From NCBI RefSeq assembly GCF_000621645.1, contig NZ_JHXR01000002.1:150001-182000 (forward strand): 32,000 nucleotides of DNA, written 5' to 3'. Below, in pieces: positions 25,281-32,000 of the stretch. The notes under the pieces were generated by a model. The model was given only the letters and a program-made list of their open reading frames with translations. It was not told where the DNA came from and ran no database searches. Both the position numbers and the translations under genes were made by a program. Source of the DNA: Vibrio cholerae ATCC 14035 (GTDB taxonomy: Bacteria > Pseudomonadota > Gammaproteobacteria > Enterobacterales > Vibrionaceae). Position 1 is the first letter of the stretch, and every line of letters starts with the position of its first letter.

Positions 25281-25699
25281 CGCATATTATCTTTGCGGAC
25301 TCAGAATACTACCAACATCCGGTGAGTCAGCAGCAACATCAGTGGATTTACGACTATTTCCGCGCCAACATAGACACTATTTTGCTGCGCGCTAAGCCAG
25401 ACATTGTGGCCGAAGTCGGCATTGCCTTCCTACTCGCAGGGCTAGAAGATGATCCTGTGGTACTCAAAACCCGCCAGTTTATTCAAGCGGCCGTCGATAA
25501 AGAGCAAGGAATGATCCCTTCCACTTCTGGTGATTTCAATTTATCCCTCGGTGAGCACCGTAATGTGTTGGCCATTATGCTGCTTGATTGGCGTTCGGTA
25601 AACCCAGCCCCGCTGGCAGGTAAGCACTCCAAAGTCTTTGCTGATCTGCCTTATGGCTTAATCAAAAAAGCACCCAATCCATTAAAAGGCCAAGGATGA
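25277..25699 (+). CDS. Hypothetical protein (140 aa), translationally coupled to or split from the 24495..25280 gene
   Basis: ATGA start/stop overlap. It has no SD of its own beyond the upstream coding sequence and no signal peptide. Confidence 0.5.
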   Translation: MTHIIFADSEYYQHPVSQQQHQWIYDYFRANIDTILLRAKPDIVAEVGIAFLLAGLEDDPVVLKTRQFIQAAVDKEQGMIPSTSGDFNLSLGEHRNVLAIMLLDWRSVNPAPLAGKHSKVFADLPYGLIKKAPNPLKGQG

Positions 25700-25723
25700 A
25701 ATAAGCCTCGACCAGTCATATTA

Positions 25724-26647
25724 CTAAGCGGATTTTAATCTGGTTTTTCGCTCAGTTAAGCGAGGTAGAATCCCATTAATCACAGTGGTGACTATGATCA
25801 CTGCCAGCCCGACTTGCTGGGCGAGCGTGTAGTCGACATCAAAAAACAGCACTTGCCATAGGGCGCTGAACAGCAGATTCGTAAAGATAAGTGGAGCCAG
25901 TTGCGAGCCCGATTTCGCTAAGCGATAAGCTTTTGCGCGAAATACTTGCGTATTGACGACGAGGATGGCGCTGAGCAATAAAGCCGCGAATGTCACAGCT
26001 CCTGAGATATCCCAACTCATCCCTAAACTTGCCCCAACATCGCTACTCCAAGGCACCAACAATAACAATGGGCTGAGTAATAACGCTGCGACCAAAAATG
26101 TCCAGCCATGAATTTCTATCGAGCGCATGTCACTTTGCGCTGCACGATACAAACTTAACTGCGAACCCGCATTAAATAAACCTGCGCTCAGACCTGCAAG
26201 CAATTCTGGTCGCCACTCAATTGAGCCCGTATTACCTGCCAGCATAACCACTCCAACGAAGATAATGCACACACTCAGCACCGTGCGCCAAGCCAATTGA
26301 CCACCCCATAACCACTTTTCCAATAAAGGAATGAAGAGTGGACCAGTACTGAATAGCACGACGCTTTCCACCAGCGAAAGGGATTGCAATGCATAGATAA
26401 AACAGAGCTGACTGCCCGCAATACAAACGGCACGGATCAACAAAGAAAACCACATGTTTCTCTGCGGCCAACGAAAGTGGGTCAACTTCATTGCAACCAG
26501 TAAAAATAGCGCCGGAATAATAAAACGTAAAAATCCCAATAGGGTGATGGGGATAATGTGCGACAAATATTGAGTCAGTAAACCGGTTAACGACAAACTA
26601 AAGGTAGATAACAACATAAATAACACTGGTAAAACATGGTTTGGCAT
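25724..26647 (-). CDS. EamA/DMT-family permease
   Basis: 307 aa with ten hydrophobic segments. It is divergent from the LysR regulator. Confidence 0.8.
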   Translation of the reverse strand: MPNHVLPVLFMLLSTFSLSLTGLLTQYLSHIIPITLLGFLRFIIPALFLLVAMKLTHFRWPQRNMWFSLLIRAVCIAGSQLCFIYALQSLSLVESVVLFSTGPLFIPLLEKWLWGGQLAWRTVLSVCIIFVGVVMLAGNTGSIEWRPELLAGLSAGLFNAGSQLSLYRAAQSDMRSIEIHGWTFLVAALLLSPLLLLVPWSSDVGASLGMSWDISGAVTFAALLLSAILVVNTQVFRAKAYRLAKSGSQLAPLIFTNLLFSALWQVLFFDVDYTLAQQVGLAVIIVTTVINGILPRLTERKTRLKSA

Positions 26648-26747
26648 ACAACTCTCCTTACATTGCCGCCAATTGTAAGCAGATGACCGGATAAAAAATA
26701 ACGAGTAATATTGACCAAACCTGTTAGAGATACTTACAGATCACTTT

Positions 26748-27653
26748 ATGCGTAAATTGGCCCCCTTAAAATCTCTCTACTCTTTTGTCGCTGTGGCAGA
26801 AACAGGCAGCATGACACTTGCAGCAGATGCACTCAACGTCAGTCACTCGGCCATCAGCCAAGCGATAAAGTCATTGGAATTACAACTCGGTCAGCCCCTT
26901 TTTCATCGAGTAGGTCGTCAAGTTGTCCTTAATAGTGCAGGCAAACGCTATTACCAAAAAGTAGCGCCCGCTCTGGAGCAAATTGTCGAAGCGACGGAAT
27001 CTTTACTCAAACCCATGCACTCCAATCGTATCACCTTGAATATGATCAACTCGTTGGCTCTTCACTGGTGGATTCCACGCTTCAGCAGTTTTCAAGCCTT
27101 TGCGCCAGATGTTGATGTACGCATTTCAACCTTAACCGGTGCTTTTTCTTTGGAGGAGCAAGGCGTCGATGTTGCTTTAATCCACGGTCAATGGCGCGAA
27201 TGGCAAGACTACTATTGTGAGCAATTAGCCGATGATGAGCTGGTAATGGTCATCAGCCAAAACATGATTTCGGCGAACATGCCTCTCAAGCAAGCATTAG
27301 CTCAATTTCCAGCGATTTTTGTCAATAATCCAAGGCGGCAAACCGATTGGGATATTTGGTGTCAAGCCAATCAAGTCACGCCACCGCCACAACAGCGCAA
27401 TCTTTCTTTTTCGGCATCAGCGCAAGCGCTGCAAGCCACATTGAGTGGTTTAGGCGTCTTTGTCACCCACAAACTGTTTATTAAACAAGAATTGGAGAGT
27501 GGGATTTTAAAAGAAATTGGTCAGCCCGTGACTCATCCCGATCAGGGATACTATTTCGCTTGCCGACCTGAAGCATTGCGTTCTGAAGCGGTATTGACAC
27601 TAAGAAGTTGGTTACGTAATGAATTCCAAAAAAATCAAAACAGACAAAAGTAG
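26748..27653 (+). CDS. LysR-family transcriptional regulator (GcvA-like)
   Basis: N-terminal HTH LKSLYSFVAVAETGSMTLAADALNVSHSAISQAIKSLELQLGQPLFHR, followed by a substrate-binding domain. Confidence 0.88.
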   Translation: MRKLAPLKSLYSFVAVAETGSMTLAADALNVSHSAISQAIKSLELQLGQPLFHRVGRQVVLNSAGKRYYQKVAPALEQIVEATESLLKPMHSNRITLNMINSLALHWWIPRFSSFQAFAPDVDVRISTLTGAFSLEEQGVDVALIHGQWREWQDYYCEQLADDELVMVISQNMISANMPLKQALAQFPAIFVNNPRRQTDWDIWCQANQVTPPPQQRNLSFSASAQALQATLSGLGVFVTHKLFIKQELESGILKEIGQPVTHPDQGYYFACRPEALRSEAVLTLRSWLRNEFQKNQNRQK

Positions 27654-27804
27654 TAGATTATTTTTATGTAATTTGGACAAGCATCATTATATTAAATGAA
27701 GAATGTAGAGTTGCATATCAAAAAGATGAATAAAATCACACTATTTCGTTATTTTTCGCCTTCAAACAAGCCAATATCATCTAAACTTTAGCTAACTTTA
27801 CCGA

Positions 27805-28995
27805 ATGGATCGAATTTGGATGGATAGCTTTGCTGGCAACCAATTAAAAGAGATGACAGAGATGCGTTTTGCTCGTAAGCAGCATATTGTCCTGATCAGC
27901 TCTGGTGTTGCTACCGCTATTTTTCTTGGGTTTGCCCTTTACTACTATTTTAACCATCAACCCCTGTCATCCGGTTTATTGTTATTAAGCGGTATTGTCA
28001 CCTTATTGAATATGATTTCGCTGAATCGTCACCGCGAATTACACACTCAAGCCGATTTAATTCTGTCATTAATTCTGCTCACTTATGCGCTGGCCTTAGT
28101 CAGCAATGCTCAGCATGAATTATCGCATCTCTTATGGTTATATCCGCTCATCACCACTTTAGTCATGATTAACCCTTTTCGGTTAGGCTTGGTTTACAGT
28201 GCAGCGATATGCTTAGCGATGACCGCCTCTATCCTTTTTAATCCGGCACAAACTGGCTCGTACCCTATTGCACAGACCTATTTTTTAGTAAGTCTATTTA
28301 CGCTGACGATTATCTGTAATACCGCTTCTTTCTTTTTCTCAAAAGCGATCAATTATATTCATACCCTATACCAAGAAGGTATTGAAGAGTTGGCTTATCT
28401 TGATCCGTTAACGGGCTTAGCCAATCGTTGGAGCTTTGAAACTTGGGCCACAGAAAAGCTCAAAGAACAACAGAGTTCGAATACCATTACCGCGCTTGTT
28501 TTTCTGGATATTGATAATTTCAAACGCATTAATGACAGTTACGGCCATGATGTTGGCGATCAGGTGTTAAAACATTTTGCACACCGTCTACGCAATAATA
28601 TTCGTAATAAAGATCGAGCCACCAATCAACATGATTATTCCATTGCTCGATTTGCTGGTGATGAGTTTGTGCTCTTGTTATATGGTGTGCGAAATTTGCG
28701 TGATCTCGATAATATTCTCAACCGTATCTGTAATCTCTTCGTCGACCGCTATCCTGAGACGGATATGCTCAACAACCTCACGGTGAGTATAGGGGCAGCT
28801 ATTTATCCCAAAGATGCGATCACTCTGCCGGAACTAACCCGCTGCGCAGATAAAGCCATGTATGCCGCTAAACACGGTGGAAAAAATCAGTACCGCTATT
28901 ACCATGATGCCGCTTTCCCTCCGGCTGTAGAAACCGTATTAGGCAGTCAGCCCGTTGAGGCTCCTAACGTAACTCCACTGAAAAAAGCGCACTAA
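27805..28995 (+). CDS. Membrane diguanylate cyclase with a variant AGDEF active site, VCA0965-like
   Basis: About six N-terminal TM segments. The GGDEF domain (LDIDNFKRINDSYGHDVGD...) carries RFAGDEFVLLL in place of GG(D/E)EF. Confidence 0.9.
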   Translation: MDRIWMDSFAGNQLKEMTEMRFARKQHIVLISSGVATAIFLGFALYYYFNHQPLSSGLLLLSGIVTLLNMISLNRHRELHTQADLILSLILLTYALALVSNAQHELSHLLWLYPLITTLVMINPFRLGLVYSAAICLAMTASILFNPAQTGSYPIAQTYFLVSLFTLTIICNTASFFFSKAINYIHTLYQEGIEELAYLDPLTGLANRWSFETWATEKLKEQQSSNTITALVFLDIDNFKRINDSYGHDVGDQVLKHFAHRLRNNIRNKDRATNQHDYSIARFAGDEFVLLLYGVRNLRDLDNILNRICNLFVDRYPETDMLNNLTVSIGAAIYPKDAITLPELTRCADKAMYAAKHGGKNQYRYYHDAAFPPAVETVLGSQPVEAPNVTPLKKAH

Positions 28996-28997
28996 GC

Positions 28998-29279
28998 TCA
29001 TCCAAACATGTACATCAGCCATAAACATACTGCGCCAAAGACGGCCATCCAGGCTGCATAGCGAGCGGTGTTAGGCTTATCAGGCTTAGGTTTAACCACC
29101 TGTTTCAACGCCGTCCGTTTAGCGTATTGCATAAAGCTAGGATCAGCCTCGCGTATTTCTTCACGCTTATGCTGGGCAGAATTCGCCGCCTGCGTGAAAC
29201 GCTGCAACTGCTCTTTGGTCAGATCTTTGCTTGGATCGTAATTCGGATATCGATCGTTATGTTTGGGCAAAATAGCCAT
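28998..29279 (-). CDS. Small tail-anchored membrane protein (93 aa), hypothetical
   Basis: The ATG at 29279 has GGAGGG 7 nt upstream. A single C-terminal TM segment (YAAWMAVFGAVCLWLMYMF). Its stop lies 2 nt from the convergent cyclase stop. Confidence 0.5.
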   Translation of the reverse strand: MAILPKHNDRYPNYDPSKDLTKEQLQRFTQAANSAQHKREEIREADPSFMQYAKRTALKQVVKPKPDKPNTARYAAWMAVFGAVCLWLMYMFG

Positions 29280-29468
29280 GGCAATCCCTCCCATTCATGC
29301 GTTGTCCTTCGTCTTGAGTGTAACGGCTAATCTTAGGCTGACCCGCACCATCACTCCCCAATCATTCAAATTTCTCGAATATGAAGCTCAACTTCCCCTG
29401 CTGCTCATTCATCTCTGGCTTATCTACAATTTCCCTCATCATCGCTCAGTCTGCAATGGAGAAGTCTT

Positions 29469-30317
29469 ATGACTAAAGACCGCGAAATTCGCCAAACAGT
29501 TCCCGCACAACCCACCTCAGATGGTGATGGTGTCAAAATTCAGCGTATTGCAGGATTTCAACGCCCCAATTTCTCGCCGTTTTTGATGCTCGATGAACTG
29601 AAAGCCGATTCTCAAGCCGACTACATCGGTGGTTTTCCGCCTCATCCACATCGCGGTATTGAAACCTTGACTTATATGCTGCAAGGGCATTTTCAGCACC
29701 GAGATCAGATGGGAAATGTGGGCGAATTACGATCCGGCGGCGCGCAATGGATGGCAGCAGGACGTGGCGTGATCCACAGTGAAATGCCGATTATGCAAGA
29801 AGGGCAATTGCACGGCTTCCAAATCTGGATTAACCAGCCGGCTCGCAACAAGATGTCGCCTGCGAAATATCAAGATTTCCAGCCTGAAAGTATTGTTGAA
29901 CACCATCATCCACAACAAGGTTTACTGCGCGTGATTGCCGGTTCCGTCGAGATTGAGGATCAAACGATAACAGGCCCATTAACCGATACTGGCGTGCCTG
30001 CCACCGTTGTCGATTGGCGAGCAGAAGCGGGGCAAGACATCAGCATCAACACACCGCCTCACTTTAATGCCATGTTGTACGTCTATCGTGGGAGCCTGAA
30101 CGTTGGGAAACAGTCGGTCAAAGCAGGACACATGGCCATGCTGACAGCCGGAGAACAGCTCACCCTGCGTGCAGAGCAACCTTGCGGCAGCTTGCTTTTA
30201 ATGGGGCAACCCATCGATGAACCCGTTGTGCATTATGGACCATTCGTGATGAACAGCATGGCTGAGATTGAGCAAGCGATCCGCGATTACAATGCAGGGC
30301 ATTTTGAGACCTACTGA
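29469..30317 (+). CDS. Pirin-family protein (bicupin)
   Basis: GFPPHPHRGIETLTYML metal-binding motif, with a pirin C-terminal domain. Confidence 0.9.
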   Translation: MTKDREIRQTVPAQPTSDGDGVKIQRIAGFQRPNFSPFLMLDELKADSQADYIGGFPPHPHRGIETLTYMLQGHFQHRDQMGNVGELRSGGAQWMAAGRGVIHSEMPIMQEGQLHGFQIWINQPARNKMSPAKYQDFQPESIVEHHHPQQGLLRVIAGSVEIEDQTITGPLTDTGVPATVVDWRAEAGQDISINTPPHFNAMLYVYRGSLNVGKQSVKAGHMAMLTAGEQLTLRAEQPCGSLLLMGQPIDEPVVHYGPFVMNSMAEIEQAIRDYNAGHFETY

Positions 30318-30323
30318 TGTTTC

Positions 30324-30367
30324 ATACCCAAACGACTCGGCGTTGCAGGTAGGCAGTAAGTCAGTGA
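30324..30367. repeat. Truncated ERIC/IRU-like repeat (left arm only), copy 3
   Basis: ATACCCAAACGACTCGGCGTTGCAGGTAGGCAGTAAGTCAGTGA matches the first ~44 nt of the other copies and then diverges. Confidence 0.6.
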
Positions 30368-30422
30368 CAAAGTTCTCTGGAACCAATATGCACAGCCATC
30401 GACTGGCCTTTGGAGAGAGTAT

Positions 30423-30450
30423 GCCACACCTGTAAAGGTGTGGCTTTTTT
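30423..30450 (+). terminator. Rho-independent terminator (pirin gene; abuts the ppnP stop)
   Basis: GCCACACC-TGTAAA-GGTGTGGC followed by T6. Confidence 0.85.
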
Positions 30451-30454
30451 CAAC

Positions 30455-30742
30455 TTAAGCAGGCAAAAATTCACACAGATAAGCGGTCGCGACTTCCACT
30501 TGCAGATCAAAAGAGGAATTACCCGCCACTTCAAACGCTTCACCTGCAGTAAAGGTAACCCAGTCAGCATCGGTGACACGCTTAATAGTCAGCGCACCTT
30601 TGACTACCGTCATGCGCTCTGGTGCACCAGTACCGAAAGTGTATTGGCCAGGAGCCATCACACCAACCGTACTCTCTCCATCTTGCTGGCTGAAGCCCAG
30701 TGACTTTACGTTGCCATCAAAATACACGTTTTCCTTGATCAT
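30455..30742 (-). CDS. ppnP: Pyrimidine/purine nucleoside phosphorylase PpnP (YaiE, DUF1255)
   Basis: 95 aa, MIKENVYFDGNVKSLGF...VGVMAPGQYTFGT..PE.MTVV.GAL...YLCEF, colinear with E. coli YaiE. AGGAAG SD. The track start at 30769 is an extension. Confidence 0.88.
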   Translation of the reverse strand: MIKENVYFDGNVKSLGFSQQDGESTVGVMAPGQYTFGTGAPERMTVVKGALTIKRVTDADWVTFTAGEAFEVAGNSSFDLQVEVATAYLCEFLPA

Positions 30743-31080
30743 TTTTTCTTCCTGTCTGTCATCAATCACTACAGTCGTTTGACTGCAAAATTCAAGCGAG
30801 AGTTGTAACCCATCACTTCACTTTGTACAAGTGCCAGCAATACGCCTTTTGCTAGGAGGTATATACTCATAACAAGGGTGAGAGCATTGACTCGGTATCG
30901 GATATGAAACATTCCTCACGAAGCACTCATTTTATTTGAGGATAAAATCACGCTTTTACCGTATGCTTTTTGCGGTTAGAGGTCGCTTAGCACAAGCTAG
31001 GCAGCGGCATAAACCAAGGCACGATGCCTTGTCGCCAAATCCAACATTTTGGGTTATCCGATGCCCTTAACGCCATGAAC

Positions 31081-31207
31081 TATACCCAAACGACTTGGAG
31101 TTGCAGGTAGGCGGCAAGTCAGTGAATCCCCATGAGCATAGGCAAACTATGTGATTGGAGTGAACGAACGCAGCCAACACCGCTGCAACTTCAAGTAGGA
31201 AGGGTAT
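31081..31207. repeat. ERIC/IRU-like repeat, copy 4 (full length, best match to the ERIC core)
   Basis: TATACCCAAACGACTTGGAGTTGCAGGTAGGCGGCAAGTCAGTGAATCCCCATGAGCATAGG...GTGATTGGAGTGAACGAACGCAGCCAACACCGCTGCAACTTCAAGTAGGAAGGGTAT. The arms ACTTGGAGTTGCAG and CTGCAACTTCAAGT pair. Confidence 0.85.
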
Positions 31208-31280
31208 CAAGTTCTACACTGAGCGTTGGGTGATTATTTGTTTGCCATAAACCGTTGTTTGTCATAAACCAAGTGAGAAA

Positions 31281-31721
31281 ATGTCAAAAGAGCTGGTCTT
31301 TAAATCTGTATTCTGGTCATCACTCTCTATTCTCGGGGTGGCATTTGCTATGCTGCTCTACGTGAGTTATCAAGACTACGTGAATCCTAAACACGTTTTC
31401 GGTTCTTGGATTGAAATCGGTGCACCGAATTACCAAACCGAAGTGCTGCGTTTTAATGAACAAGGTGTCTATCGCAATGATCGCTTGATCAGTACCAACT
31501 TTGAATTTGACGGAGCTGCCATCACCATTCGTACTGGCAATGGCATCTTCGTTTACGAGCTCTCAGGTACCTTTAACTCGCCACAATTGAAACGAACTCA
31601 ACCGATCAACCCTGTGCAGCGTTTTATTCGCCAAGGGTTTGAACATACTGTCAGTGATCAGGGAAATAACGCCGCGCAGCTTAGACGCTCGGCGTTATCC
31701 GAACACTTCAACGAAAAATAG
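31281..31721 (+). CDS. Hypothetical membrane-anchored protein (146 aa)
   Basis: One N-terminal TM segment (VFWSSLSILGVAFAMLLYV). I recognise no motif. Confidence 0.6.
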   Translation: MSKELVFKSVFWSSLSILGVAFAMLLYVSYQDYVNPKHVFGSWIEIGAPNYQTEVLRFNEQGVYRNDRLISTNFEFDGAAITIRTGNGIFVYELSGTFNSPQLKRTQPINPVQRFIRQGFEHTVSDQGNNAAQLRRSALSEHFNEK

Positions 31722-31729
31722 CCTCCCGT

Positions 31730-32000
31730 TTAACACTCCGTTGCACGAGATAATCTCTCTTTCTCCCCCATTTCTTGCTCTCGCTGCGCCAAGTAGTACA
31801 AACCCATCATGGCTAAGCACAAAACAAAACAGAGCCCGTATAACCACTGTGCGTTGAGATATTCGATCATCATACCTCCAGCCAGTGGAGCAATCGCAAA
31901 ACCTAACGAATAAAGCGCTGCCGCACCAAAATAAGAGCCTCGTAAATGAGCGGGGGCTAAACGGTCAATCTGCACATTTAGCGTCGGAAATGCGATCACC
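31730..32000 (-). CDS. MFS-type transporter, C-terminal fragment (continues beyond the window)
   Basis: Hydrophobic helices (GAAALYSLGFAIAPLAGGMMIEYL, LYGLCFVLCLAMMGLYYL). The ORF is open to the window edge. Confidence 0.55.
   Translation of the reverse strand, partial: VIAFPTLNVQIDRLAPAHLRGSYFGAAALYSLGFAIAPLAGGMMIEYLNAQWLYGLCFVLCLAMMGLYYLAQREQEMGEKERLSRATEC

Noticed and set aside
23330-31207. Whether the ~125-bp repeats are a CRISPR array or integron VCR/attC sites.
   Set aside because: The copies are dispersed over kilobases rather than regularly spaced with short spacers. They lack the attC GTTRRRY core sites. Their internal sequence matches the ERIC core instead.

Overview
This window reads as Vibrio cholerae chromosome II core and accessory backbone. 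By recollection it is roughly the VCA0935-VCA0970 neighbourhood. The anchor is a 224-aa protein that matches VpsT residue for residue, including D60 and the W131-L-T-R134 c-di-GMP motif. Other identifiable content:
- The divergent maltose ABC transporter operons, malEFG (minus strand) and malK (plus strand), separated by an unusually long 672-bp control region.
- speG followed by a Rof-like gene, then ppiC, cheV, glpR, alkB, a pirin, ppnP, two EamA exporters, and AraC, MarR, LysR and XRE regulators.
- Four GGDEF-family diguanylate cyclases, one of which has an AGDEF active site.
- A complete Qrr quorum-sensing sRNA gene (Qrr4 by its chromosome II location), with a textbook sigma-54 promoter, two perfect LuxO boxes and an intrinsic terminator.
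- The long malG 3' UTR, which matches the described MicX sRNA locus.
- Four copies (three full, one half) of a ~125-bp ERIC/IRU-like palindromic repeat.

I see no CRISPR array, integron attC/VCR, transposase, prophage, rRNA or tRNA, and no obvious multi-gene defence island. The most interesting unexplained signals are RNA-level:
1. A highly structured element capped by an intrinsic terminator, lying between the MalT-box cluster and malK. It could be an sRNA or an attenuator.
2. A 10-nt copy of the Qrr core sequence in the 3' UTR of the Qrr-activated cyclase gene. This gene's 5' UTR carries the complementary 10-mer.
3. A 505-aa XRE-family protein with a degenerate peptidase-like motif and a C-terminal four-Cys cluster, which shares its terminator with qrr4.

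All homology statements come from motif and pattern recognition by eye, not from database searches.
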